Origin: an uncultured Actinomycetes bacterium
GTDB taxonomy: Bacteria; Actinomycetota; UBA4738; HRBIN12
NCBI GenBank assembly: GCA_963790335.1
Contig: CAWBOB010000007.1
Coordinates: 508,905 to 572,904, forward strand
DNA length: 64,000 nucleotides
Reading direction: 5' to 3'
Shown: positions 20,326 to 29,614 of the stretch, piece after piece
Layout: each line of letters begins with the position of its first letter
Position numbering within the stretch: position 1 is the first letter of the stretch
Notes under the pieces: generated by a model
The model's database searches: none
What the model was told of the DNA's origin: nothing
Seen by the model: the letters and a program-made list of their open reading frames with translations, nothing else
Made by a program: the position numbers and the translations under genes

Positions 20326-21495
20326 ATGAACATCCACGAGTACCAGGCCAAGGCGCTGCTCCGGCGGTACCGGGTCACCACGCCGCGCGGCGAGGTCGTC
20401 TACACCTCGAAGGCCGCAGCACGCGTCGCCGAGGAGCTCGGCGGCCAGCGATGGGTCGTCAAGGCGCAGATCCACGCGGGCGGGCGCGGCAAGGCGGGGG
20501 GCGTGAAGATCGGTAATTCCCCCTCCAAGATCGCCGAGATCGCCGACCAGATGCTCGGGTCCACGCTCGTCACGGCGCAGACCGGTCCGGGCGGACAACG
20601 GGTGAGCCGCGTGCTCGTCGAACGCGCGTCGCGCATCGAGCGCGAGTTCTACCTCTCGATGGTGGTCGACCGTGACGCTCAGCGCATCGTGGTCGTCGCG
20701 AGCGCCGAGGGGGGCGTCGACATCGAGGAGGTCGCGGCGTCGACACCCGAGGCGATCCACACGGAGTACATCGACCCGGGCGTCGGTCTCGTCGACTTCC
20801 AGTGCCGCAAGGTCGCCACCGCCATCGGCCTCGGCAAGAAGACGACCTCGTTCACGCGGCTGCTCAAGCGCATGTACCGCCTCTTCCGCGATCTCGACTG
20901 CCTGATGCTCGAGGTGAACCCGTTCATCGAGACCGAGGACGGCGAGCTCGTCGCCCTCGACGCCAAGATGAGCTTCGACGACAACGCGCTGTTCCGCCAG
21001 GGCGACGTGGTCGAGCTGCGAGATTTCGACGAGGAAGACCCGAAGGAGGTCGAGGCCACCGGCCACGGCCTCAACTACATCGCGCTCGACGGCAGCGTCG
21101 GCTGCATCGTGAACGGCGCCGGCCTCGCGATGGGCACGATGGACGCGATCGCGCATCACGGCGGGCGGCCGGCGAACTTCCTCGACGTGGGGGGCGGTGC
21201 GAGCCCAGAGAAGATCGCGAACGCGTTCCGCATCGTGCTGAAGGACCCCAACGTTCGGGCGATACTCGTGAACATCTTCGCCGGCATCAACCGCTGCGAC
21301 TGGATCGCGCAGGGCGTGGTGCAAGCCACCCGGGATCAAGAGATCGGGGTGCCGGTCGTCGTGCGACTCGCAGGCACGAACGTCGAGGAAGGCCGCACGA
21401 TCCTCGAGGAGAGCGGGCTCGAGCTGATCCAGGCTGTGGATCTCGACGACGCGGCGGCGAAGGCCGTGCTGGCGGCAGAGGGGGTGCCGGCATGA
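20326..21495 (+). CDS. mtkA: Malate--CoA ligase (malate thiokinase) beta subunit / SucC-like ATP-grasp
   Basis: MNIHEYQAKALL N-terminus typical of SucC/MtkA and an ATP-grasp domain. Context (mcl upstream, alpha subunit downstream with ATGA overlap) favours malate thiokinase over TCA succinyl-CoA synthetase. Confidence 0.65.
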   Translation: MNIHEYQAKALLRRYRVTTPRGEVVYTSKAAARVAEELGGQRWVVKAQIHAGGRGKAGGVKIGNSPSKIAEIADQMLGSTLVTAQTGPGGQRVSRVLVERASRIEREFYLSMVVDRDAQRIVVVASAEGGVDIEEVAASTPEAIHTEYIDPGVGLVDFQCRKVATAIGLGKKTTSFTRLLKRMYRLFRDLDCLMLEVNPFIETEDGELVALDAKMSFDDNALFRQGDVVELRDFDEEDPKEVEATGHGLNYIALDGSVGCIVNGAGLAMGTMDAIAHHGGRPANFLDVGGGASPEKIANAFRIVLKDPNVRAILVNIFAGINRCDWIAQGVVQATRDQEIGVPVVVRLAGTNVEEGRTILEESGLELIQAVDLDDAAAKAVLAAEGVPA

Positions 21496-22394
21496 GCGTC
21501 TTCGTCGACCGGGATTCGAAGGTCATCATCCAGGGGTTCACCGGCCAGCACGCGACCTTCCACGCCGAGGAGGCGATGGCCACCGGCACCACGATCGTCG
21601 GCGGCGTGACGCCCGGCAAGGGGGGGACGACCCACCTCGGCCTGCCGGTGTTCAACAGCGTGGCCGAGGCCGTCGAGGAAACCGGCGCCGATGTGAGCGG
21701 CATCTTCGTACCGCCCGCCGTCGCGACCGATTCCCTGCTCGAGGCGGTCGACGCTGGGGTCGGCGTCGCGGTGATCATCGCCGACGGCGTGCCCGTGCAG
21801 GACATGGTGCGCACGAAGCGCTACCTGGCCGGGCGCTCGACCCGCATCATCGGCCCGAACTCCCCCGGCATCATCACGCCGGGTGCGTGCAAGGTCGGCA
21901 TCATGCCGAGCCACATCTACTCGAAGGGCCGGATCGGCGTCGTCTCGCGATCCGGCACGCTGAACTACGAAGCCGTGTCGCAGATGACGGCGCTCGGGCT
22001 CGGACAGTCGACATGTGTGGGTATCGGCGGCGACCCCGTGAACGGCACCGACTTCAAGACCGTCCTGCAGGCGTTCGAGGGCGACGACGACACCGACGTG
22101 GTGGTGATGATCGGCGAGATCGGTGGTCAGCAGGAGGTCGAGGCCGCATCGTGGGCAGCCCAGTACATGTCGAAACCGCTCGTGGCGTTCATCGCGGGCG
22201 TATCGGCGCCCCGCGGCCGTCGCATGGGACACGCCGGAGCGGTCATCGCGGGCGAGTCCGACACCGCGACGGCCAAGCTCGACGCGATCGAGGCATTGGG
22301 TCACCGGGTGGTGCGCAACCCCGCCGACATCGGCGACACGGTGCTGCGCGCCGTCAAGGAATCCGGGGACCACACGGGCACCGGCGCCTCGTAG
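21492..22394 (+). CDS. mtkB: Malate--CoA ligase alpha subunit / SucD-like CoA-binding
   Basis: SucD family motifs ([24 protein letters not shown]) and a phospho-His region (GHAGAVIAG). Confidence 0.65.
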   Translation: MSVFVDRDSKVIIQGFTGQHATFHAEEAMATGTTIVGGVTPGKGGTTHLGLPVFNSVAEAVEETGADVSGIFVPPAVATDSLLEAVDAGVGVAVIIADGVPVQDMVRTKRYLAGRSTRIIGPNSPGIITPGACKVGIMPSHIYSKGRIGVVSRSGTLNYEAVSQMTALGLGQSTCVGIGGDPVNGTDFKTVLQAFEGDDDTDVVVMIGEIGGQQEVEAASWAAQYMSKPLVAFIAGVSAPRGRRMGHAGAVIAGESDTATAKLDAIEALGHRVVRNPADIGDTVLRAVKESGDHTGTGAS

Positions 22395-22531
22395 GTCCGC
22401 GCCATCCGCTCGTGTGATCGGCCATCGACGGCCCACGGATGCATGTTGACAAGGCGGCGTTGCGTGGAAGAGAGTCGCCACTCCGGGGAGAGGGCAGGTC
22501 CGGTTCGGTTGCTTGCAGGGGGAGGAAGAAC

Positions 22532-24202
22532 GTGAGGAAGCTCGCCGCCCTTGCCGTCGCAGCATGCTGCTGCCTGACGCTGCTCTCACCGGCAGCAGGA
22601 GCCACTGGCGAGGCCAGCTCCGGCGGTGCCGACGCTTCACTGCGCGCGGGCGGTGCCACCGTTCCCACCTTGCGCTGGCGTCAGTGCCGCAAGGCCAAGC
22701 GCTTCGAGTGCACGAAAGCCTGGGTGCCGCTCGACTACGACGAGCCCGGGGGCCCAACGATCAGGCTCCGCCTCACCCGGCTGCCCGCGAGCGTGCCGGC
22801 CCGCCGGATCGGTTCGATCTTCCTCAACCCGGGCGGGCCGGGTGGTTCTGGCGTCGGCTTCGTGCAAGGGGTTGGGAGGTTCCTCTACTCCGACGCGGTG
22901 CGGGCTCGGTTCGACCTCGTGGGGTTCGACCCGCGCGGCATCGCGTCGAGCACGCCGATCCGGTGCTTCGATACGACACAGGACGCCATCGACGTGTTGA
23001 ACATCGCGCCGTTCCCCTTCCCTGTGTCTCGCGCTCAGGAGAAGCTGTGGATCAGGTCCGATCGCGCATACGCCGCCGCGTGCGCCGATCGCGCCGGACC
23101 GATCATCGATCACATGTCGACCGCGAACGTCGCTCGCGACCTGGACCTGCTCCGCCGGGCGGTCGGCGACGAGGCTCTGACGTTCGCCGGCTACTCGTAC
23201 GGCTCCTACATCGGCTCGACGTACGCGAACATGTTCCCCGACGAGGTGCGCGCCGTGATCATCGACGGCGTCATCGATCCGATCTCATGGTCGACCGGCC
23301 ATGGGAACGAGGCCGAGACGCTCCCCGTCGATGCACGCCTGCGGAGCGCGCAGGGTGCGTACGACACGCTGCTCGCGTTCTTCTCCGCGTGCGACGCCGG
23401 CGGCAGCAACTGCGCCTTCTCCGACGGCAACCCGAAGCGACGCTTCGCACGCATGGCGAGGTCCATCCGGCACCATCCCCTCGACGTCCCAGACGGAGAG
23501 GGCGGCACGTTCCCGTTCACCTACGCCGATCTCGTGGGGATCACGCTGGGCGCCATGTACGACCCGGGGTCGTGGCCCGACCTCGCTGAATTCCTGCACC
23601 AGATCCGCAGCTTCGTGTACCCGCGGCGTGCCGCTGCGGCGCTCCACTCCCTGCGGGAGCGGCTCGGCATCCTCGGGCAGAAGCCGTATCAGCAGATCAT
23701 CGAGGGGTTCGCGGGCGTCATCTGCTCGGATTCCGACAACCCCGATCGCATAGGAGCATGGTCCGAGGCGGCGAGGGCTGCGGACCGTGCCCACCCGTAC
23801 TTCGGCCGGCCGTGGGGCTGGTTGAGCAGCATCTGCGAACCGTGGCCGGGCGCCGACCGGGACCGTTACATGGGACCGTTCGACCGACCGACCGCGAACA
23901 CCGTGCTCGTCATCGGCAACGTGAACGACCCTGCAACCAGGTACCAGGATGCGGTCCGCACGGCGGCGATCATGGCGAACGCACGACTGCTCACCCTCGA
24001 CGGGTCGGGTCATACGTCGCTGTTCACGTCTCGCTGCATCGATCGCCGCGTCAACACGTACCTGCTGACCGGCCGGGTTCCGCCCGTCGGCACGGTGTGT
24101 GCGCCCGACGAGGTGCCGTTCGCGCGGCCGCCCCAGCGACGCTCGACGGACGTGTCGGCAACGCCGTTCCTGCTTCCGCCGATGGTGCGACGAACGCTCT
24201 GA
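22532..24202 (+). CDS. Secreted alpha/beta-hydrolase peptidase, S33 tripeptidyl-aminopeptidase-like
   Basis: Signal peptide, then GYSYGSYIG nucleophile elbow. Length and Cys pattern are typical of Streptomyces Tap/SlpD-like proteases. GGGGGAGG RBS before GTG 22532. Confidence 0.65.
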   Translation: MRKLAALAVAACCCLTLLSPAAGATGEASSGGADASLRAGGATVPTLRWRQCRKAKRFECTKAWVPLDYDEPGGPTIRLRLTRLPASVPARRIGSIFLNPGGPGGSGVGFVQGVGRFLYSDAVRARFDLVGFDPRGIASSTPIRCFDTTQDAIDVLNIAPFPFPVSRAQEKLWIRSDRAYAAACADRAGPIIDHMSTANVARDLDLLRRAVGDEALTFAGYSYGSYIGSTYANMFPDEVRAVIIDGVIDPISWSTGHGNEAETLPVDARLRSAQGAYDTLLAFFSACDAGGSNCAFSDGNPKRRFARMARSIRHHPLDVPDGEGGTFPFTYADLVGITLGAMYDPGSWPDLAEFLHQIRSFVYPRRAAAALHSLRERLGILGQKPYQQIIEGFAGVICSDSDNPDRIGAWSEAARAADRAHPYFGRPWGWLSSICEPWPGADRDRYMGPFDRPTANTVLVIGNVNDPATRYQDAVRTAAIMANARLLTLDGSGHTSLFTSRCIDRRVNTYLLTGRVPPVGTVCAPDEVPFARPPQRRSTDVSATPFLLPPMVRRTL

Positions 24203-24206
24203 ACCG

Positions 24207-24626
24207 TCAGATCGCCCGCATGCGGTTGTTGCGGGGGTTGTGCTCGACCTCGGCGAGCCCGAGCGCTTCGAGCACCGGCGGCACGTAGTTCGCGAACCGG
24301 CCGCGCAGACCCTTCTTCAGGCCGTACCAGCCGCCGACGGGGTTCGACGGTTCACGAGCCCATGCTTCGACGGTGCCGTCCTTGGCAGGCTTCTGCTCGT
24401 CGGCGCTTCCGAGGGGCACCCAGTCACCCCGCTCGGCCAGCATGCCGTGCAGATCGTCGATCGCTCGCAGGTGGTACCGCAGCTCGGTCGAGCCGACGGT
24501 GCACACGAGAGCCGGCGGATCCGCGTCGGCATCCCGGTACATCTGGAATTCGCCCTGCAGGCTCGGTGTCTGCAGGGTCCACGGATCGTCGGGCGTTCCA
24601 CTTCCTCGGACGGTGGCCTCGCTCAT
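24207..24626 (-). CDS. Conserved hypothetical protein
   Basis: ORF of about 139 aa from ATG 24626 (MSEATVRGSGTPDDPWTLQTP...). No recognisable catalytic motif. Confidence 0.4.
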   Translation of the reverse strand: MSEATVRGSGTPDDPWTLQTPSLQGEFQMYRDADADPPALVCTVGSTELRYHLRAIDDLHGMLAERGDWVPLGSADEQKPAKDGTVEAWAREPSNPVGGWYGLKKGLRGRFANYVPPVLEALGLAEVEHNPRNNRMRAI

Positions 24627-24769
24627 CGCGGCATCGTAACCATCTCGTTCCCGAGGGTCACAGCGAGCAGGCTTCGCGGCACTCGGGTTCCAGACGGGGA
24701 TCACGCCCGCTCAGGTCGTACGGACCCGCGGTCGATGGTCATACGTTGGACGACCAACGGAGATCCACG

Positions 24770-26869
24770 ATGATCGACACCCCTTCGGCCGGCTCAGACG
24801 AGCTCGCTGGACCGACGCACGACGTCGCGGCCGAAGTCGCGTTGCTGCTCGCCGCACCCGAGGCGCTGCTCGGCGTTCGCGACGGGGTGATCGCTGCCTC
24901 GAACCGCCGGGCAGACGCGATGGCCGGCCGATCCCTCGCAGGCCGCCCGCTCGACGAGGTCGTGCCGACATGGCAGCCGCTCGTCGGAACGAGCGTGGCA
25001 TCGCTCACCCGCGACGGCATGGAGCCCCTGCCGGTCTCGATCACCGTCGAACCGGCCGGCGACGACGGACTGGTCGTGTGCCTCCTCCGCGACGTGGGGC
25101 AGGCCGACGAGGCGGAGGTGGCTCGCAAGGAGGCGGAAGCGCGATACCAGACCCTGGTCGAGCAGATCCCCGCCGTGGTCTACATCGATGTCGAGGGGCG
25201 TGGAACGACCTACGTGAGCCCTCAGGTCGAGCGCATCCTGGGCGTCTCGCCCGAGGTCTACTGCCAGGACGGCACCGACACCTGGTCCGAGCTGCTGCAC
25301 CCAGACGACCGTGAGCGCATCGCGCGCGAGTACGAGGCGTTCGTGGCCGGTGAGGGCGGCGACCTCTCCGACTACCGCATGTGCACTCCCGATGGCCGCG
25401 TCGTCTGGATCCGTGACCGCGCGGTGACCGTGCGCGACGAGCACGGCCGCGTGCTGCTCGAGCACGGCGTCATGTTCGACATCACCGAGATCAAGGAGGC
25501 AGAGGCCGAGATCGCCCACCTCGCCTATCACGACCAGCTCACGGGACTCGCGAACCGCACGCTGTTCGAGGAGACGCTCGGCCTCGCGATCCACCGCGCC
25601 GCCCGCAACGATCACGCGGTCGCGGTGCTCTTCCTCGACCTCGACAACTTCAAGCTCGTGAACGACTCGCTGGGCCACCATGCGGGCGACCGACTGCTCG
25701 CGGAGCTCGCCGAGCGTCTCCGCACCTGCTCCCGCGAGACCGACATGGTGGCCCGCCAGGGTGGTGACGAGTTCCTGATGCTGCTCGCCGACCTCGAGCG
25801 CGGCACCGACGAGACGACCGGCGTCGAGCTCGAGGAACAGGGCGCCACGATGGTGGCCGACCGCATCGCCCGGCTGCTCGAGACGCCGTTCGATCTGGGT
25901 GGCACCGAGTTCTTCGCGCGCGGCTCGATCGGCATCAGCCTCTACCCTCGCGACGCCGTCGACGGTCAGACCCTGCTGAAGAACGCCGACTCGGCGATGT
26001 ACCGGGCCAAGCGCTTCGAGCCCGGCGGTCACGTCTTCTACGCGGGCACCGGCGGCGATGCGATGGCCAGGCTGTCGTTCGCGACGCGGCTGCGCCGAGC
26101 CGTGGAGCACGAGGACTGGGTGCTGCACTACCAGCCGATCGTGGATCTGTCCGACGGGCGCATGGTCGGCGCCGAGGCACTGGTGCGCTGGCAGGACGCC
26201 GCCGGCGGCATCGTCGCGCCCGGCGAGTTCATCCCGGTCGCCGAGGAGCTGGGGCTGATCGAGGCCATCGGGGAATGGGTGCTGGAGGCCATGGCCCACC
26301 GGCAGCGCGCGTGGACCGACGAGGGCCTCGGACTCACCGTGTCGTTCAACCTCTCGCCACGGCAGCTCTGGGCACCCCACCTCGCCGAGAAGGTGTTGTC
26401 GACCCTGCACAGCGCCGGCGTCGCGCCACAGTCGGTCGAAGTCGAGATCACGGAATCGATCGCGATGGCCGATCCCGACCGTACCCAGAAGATCCTGGCC
26501 GAGCTGCGCGCCTGGGGCGTGCGCCTCGCGCTCGACGACTTCGGCACCGGCTACTCGTCGCTCGCCCGGCTGAAGCACATGCCGGTCGACGTGCTGAAGA
26601 TCGACCGGGAGTTCGTGCGCAACGTGGACCGCGACGTGCGGCTGGCGGGCATGGTGCGGGCGATGATCCAGGTGGCGCAGTCCCTCGACATGGTGCCGCT
26701 CGCCGAGGGCGTCGAGACCGAGGGCGAGTACGTGTTCCTGCGCTCGAACGGGTGCCGGCTCGCACAGGGGTTCTGGTTCTCCCACCCTGTCCCCGCCGAC
26801 GAGATCCCCGATCTCGCCGCGCGACGATCGCTGATCCCCGGGCGCGAGGAGACCGCTCCCCCGCGCTGA
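24770..26869 (+). CDS. PAS-GGDEF-EAL signalling protein (diguanylate cyclase/phosphodiesterase)
   Basis: PAS region, degenerate GGDEF (ARQGGDEFLML) and EAL-domain signatures (EALVRWQ, DDFGTGYSSL, KIDREFV). GGAG RBS. Confidence 0.8.
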   Translation: MIDTPSAGSDELAGPTHDVAAEVALLLAAPEALLGVRDGVIAASNRRADAMAGRSLAGRPLDEVVPTWQPLVGTSVASLTRDGMEPLPVSITVEPAGDDGLVVCLLRDVGQADEAEVARKEAEARYQTLVEQIPAVVYIDVEGRGTTYVSPQVERILGVSPEVYCQDGTDTWSELLHPDDRERIAREYEAFVAGEGGDLSDYRMCTPDGRVVWIRDRAVTVRDEHGRVLLEHGVMFDITEIKEAEAEIAHLAYHDQLTGLANRTLFEETLGLAIHRAARNDHAVAVLFLDLDNFKLVNDSLGHHAGDRLLAELAERLRTCSRETDMVARQGGDEFLMLLADLERGTDETTGVELEEQGATMVADRIARLLETPFDLGGTEFFARGSIGISLYPRDAVDGQTLLKNADSAMYRAKRFEPGGHVFYAGTGGDAMARLSFATRLRRAVEHEDWVLHYQPIVDLSDGRMVGAEALVRWQDAAGGIVAPGEFIPVAEELGLIEAIGEWVLEAMAHRQRAWTDEGLGLTVSFNLSPRQLWAPHLAEKVLSTLHSAGVAPQSVEVEITESIAMADPDRTQKILAELRAWGVRLALDDFGTGYSSLARLKHMPVDVLKIDREFVRNVDRDVRLAGMVRAMIQVAQSLDMVPLAEGVETEGEYVFLRSNGCRLAQGFWFSHPVPADEIPDLAARRSLIPGREETAPPR

Positions 26870-26900
26870 ACCCGAGCCCCTTCGCGGTACCGTGACCCGC

Positions 26901-27974
26901 ATGGCGACGGCATCGACCACGATCTCGGTGCAAGGACGTGACATCAAGGTCACGAGCCCCGACAAGGTCTACTTCCCCGGCGCCGCCGGCGGCCCGGTCA
27001 CGAAGCTCGAGGTCGTGGAGTACTGGGTGGCCGTCGCCGACGCCGCACTCGAGGGGTGCCGCGATCGCCCGGCGATCCTGCACCGCTTCCCCGGTGGGGT
27101 GACCGGCGAGGACACCGAGCCCTTCTATCAGAAGCGCATCCCCAAGGGTGCGCCCGACTGGGTTCGCACGGCGACCGTGAAGTTCCCGAGCGGGCGCGAG
27201 GCCTCGATGCCCGTGATGCACGACGAGGCCGCCTTGGTCTGGGCCGCGACGCTCGGCTGCCTCGAGTGCAACCCGTGGCCGGTTCGAGCCGACGACGTCG
27301 ACCACCCCGACGAACTGCGCATCGACCTGGACCCGACCCCCGGCGTGCCGTGGGACGACGTTCGCAGGGTCGCGCTCATGGCGCGCGACGTGCTGCTCGA
27401 GCACGGGCTGAGCGGCTTCCCGAAGACGAGCGGCAAACGAGGGCTGCACATCAACGCTCGTGTCGAGCGCGAGCACGGCTTCACGAACACGCGTCGTGCG
27501 GCGCTCGCGTTCGCGCGCGAGATCGAGCGCCGCATGCCCGGCGTCGCCACGACCGCGTGGTGGAAGGAGGAGCGCACCGGCGTCTTCCTCGACTACAACC
27601 AGAACGCCCGCGATCGCACGGTCGCGAGCGCCTACTCGATCCGACCGATGCCCGACGCGCGTGTGTCGACCCCGCTCGACTGGGGCGAGGTCGCCGATGT
27701 CGAGCCCGAGCGGTTCACGCTGCGCACCGTGCCCGACCGGCTCCGGGAGATCGGCGACCCCGGCGCCGGCATCGACGACCACCCCGGCACGCTCGGCTCC
27801 CTGCTGGAGCTGGCCGAGCGTGACGCGGCCGGCGGCCTCGGGGACGCGCCGTGGCCGCCGCACTTCCCGAAGGGCGACGACGAACCGGTGCGCGTGAACC
27901 CCTCCCGCGCCAAGAAGGTCGCGGAATGGGAGGCGATGAAACAAGAACGGAAGGGCTCGCCCAGAGGCCGCTGA
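26901..27974 (+). CDS. ligD: NHEJ DNA polymerase/primase, LigD polymerase domain (stand-alone)
   Basis: Typical LigD-Pol N-terminus VTSPDKVYFP...TKLEVVEYW, and KTSGKRGLHI. Confidence 0.75.
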   Translation: MATASTTISVQGRDIKVTSPDKVYFPGAAGGPVTKLEVVEYWVAVADAALEGCRDRPAILHRFPGGVTGEDTEPFYQKRIPKGAPDWVRTATVKFPSGREASMPVMHDEAALVWAATLGCLECNPWPVRADDVDHPDELRIDLDPTPGVPWDDVRRVALMARDVLLEHGLSGFPKTSGKRGLHINARVEREHGFTNTRRAALAFAREIERRMPGVATTAWWKEERTGVFLDYNQNARDRTVASAYSIRPMPDARVSTPLDWGEVADVEPERFTLRTVPDRLREIGDPGAGIDDHPGTLGSLLELAERDAAGGLGDAPWPPHFPKGDDEPVRVNPSRAKKVAEWEAMKQERKGSPRGR

Positions 27975-28051
27975 CCTGGTTTGCCGGTCCGATCGACGGG
28001 TAACGGTCCGGTCACCCGGCGCATCCGGCGCCGCCGACGGGAGGGGAAGCG

Positions 28052-28492
28052 ATGGACGCGCTGAAGCTGCTGAAGCACGACCACGACGAGGTCAAGAAGA
28101 TGCTCGCCGATCTCGAGGACACCACCGAGCGCGCCGAGAAGACCCGCACCGAGGGACTCGCGACGCTGAAGCACGAGCTCGAGATCCACGAGACGATCGA
28201 GGAGGAGATCTTCTACCCGGCGCTCAAGGAGCACCCGAAGACGAAGGACCTCGCTCTCGAGGGGTACGAGGAGCACCACGTCGTCGACACGATCATGGGC
28301 GAGCTCGAAGGCGTGGAGCCGAGTGACGAGACCTGGATGGCCAAGTTCTCGGTCATGAAGGAGAACCTCGAACACCACATCTCCGAGGAAGAGGACGAGA
28401 TGTTCCCGAAGGTCGAGCAGGTCTTCGACGACGAGGAGCTCGAGGATCTCGGGAACCGCATGCTCGAGCGCAAGGAAGCGCTGCAGGCGTAG
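28052..28492 (+). CDS. Hemerythrin HHE cation-binding domain protein
   Basis: His/Glu-rich helices (LKHDHDEVKK, HETIEEEIF, EEHHVVD, EHHISEEEDEMF) are typical of the hemerythrin-like family. Confidence 0.65.
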   Translation: MDALKLLKHDHDEVKKMLADLEDTTERAEKTRTEGLATLKHELEIHETIEEEIFYPALKEHPKTKDLALEGYEEHHVVDTIMGELEGVEPSDETWMAKFSVMKENLEHHISEEEDEMFPKVEQVFDDEELEDLGNRMLERKEALQA

Positions 28493-28522
28493 CCGCGTGG
28501 TTTCGCGCTAGTCTGAGTTGGA

Positions 28523-29605
28523 CTACTCAGGATCGTCGGCGTCGGGCCACGCCGGTGGCTCGACGCCGAGCTGCTCGAACCCCACGCTCAGTGGATCTCG
28601 GTCGTCGCGCCAGCGCACGAACGTGGCGGCGTGTCGGAACCGCCCGTACTGCATGCGGTCGATCGTGACCTCCGCCACGAGCACCGGCTCGATGGTGACC
28701 CACTCGAGGTCCTTCCCGGCCGTCCACCGGCTGGGGCCGCCGGGCGCGCGTCCGCCCTCGAAGCTCGCGCCGCCCTCGAGCTGCCGGAGCTCTTCCAGCA
28801 TCGCCCGGCGTTCGGCGGCCTTGAACGACGAGGTGTGCCCAACGTAGTGGAGCGTGCCCGCGTCGTCGTAGAGGCCGAGCAACAGGGCGCCGATGCCGTC
28901 GCGGGTCTTCGACAGCCGGTAGCCCCCGATCACGACGTCGAGGGTGCGCCGGTGCTTCACCTTCACCCATCCTCGCTCGCCGGGCAGGTACGGCTGGTCG
29001 TCGCGCTTGGCGAGCACGCCGTCCTGTCCGAGCCCGTCTTCGTCGGCGAACCAGGCTCCCATGACCCCGGCGTCGGGGGTCCAGGGTGCGACGAGCACGA
29101 CCGGAGCCGGTGGCATCGAGGGCAGGTCGCCGGGCGCCTGCGGCCAGCGCATCGTCGCGGCCAGGGCCGCGAGCCGCTCTCGGCGTTCGACCAAGGCGAG
29201 CGGAACCAGGTCGTCGCCGGCGTCGCGCAGCAGATCGAAGACGACGAGCGTCGCCGGGATCTCCCCGGCGAGCTTGCGCACCCGCGACTCCGCCGGATGC
29301 AACCGGAGCTGCAGCTCGTCGAAGTCCATCGAGCCGTCGGCGACGCGCACGATCTCGCCGTCGGCGACGAACGACGCGTCACCGCCCGAGTGCTCGAGCG
29401 CCTCGATCAACTCCGGGAAGTAGCGCCCGAGCGGACGTCCGTCCCGGCTCGCCAACCGACCCACGCCGTCTGCATCGACCGCCGCGATCGTGCGGAAGCC
29501 ATCCCACTTCGGCTCATAGGTCCACCCGGCACCCGTGGGCGGATCGGGTTGCAGCTTGGCGAGCATCGGCGCCGGAAGATCGCCGGCGATCGTGCGCTTG
29601 GGCAT
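28523..29605 (-). CDS. ATP-dependent DNA ligase (LigD ligase domain / LigC-like) with OB fold
   Basis: Adenylation motifs (YEPKWDGFR with catalytic Lys, FDLL, VLAKRDDQPY...KVK). Confidence 0.75.
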   Translation of the reverse strand: MPKRTIAGDLPAPMLAKLQPDPPTGAGWTYEPKWDGFRTIAAVDADGVGRLASRDGRPLGRYFPELIEALEHSGGDASFVADGEIVRVADGSMDFDELQLRLHPAESRVRKLAGEIPATLVVFDLLRDAGDDLVPLALVERRERLAALAATMRWPQAPGDLPSMPPAPVVLVAPWTPDAGVMGAWFADEDGLGQDGVLAKRDDQPYLPGERGWVKVKHRRTLDVVIGGYRLSKTRDGIGALLLGLYDDAGTLHYVGHTSSFKAAERRAMLEELRQLEGGASFEGGRAPGGPSRWTAGKDLEWVTIEPVLVAEVTIDRMQYGRFRHAATFVRWRDDRDPLSVGFEQLGVEPPAWPDADDPE

Positions 29606-29614
29606 GGCCCGACC

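Noticed and set aside
20326-22394. Calling these genes sucC/sucD (TCA-cycle succinyl-CoA synthetase)
   Set aside because: Not rejected outright. The sequence alone cannot discriminate the two. I preferred malate thiokinase because of the immediate hpr-ppc-sga-mcl context, and flagged the alternative in the finding.
22395-22531. TTGACA hexamer at about 22456 as the promoter of the S33 peptidase
   Set aside because: There is no convincing -10 element at proper spacing. Actinobacterial promoters are too degenerate to call from sequence alone.
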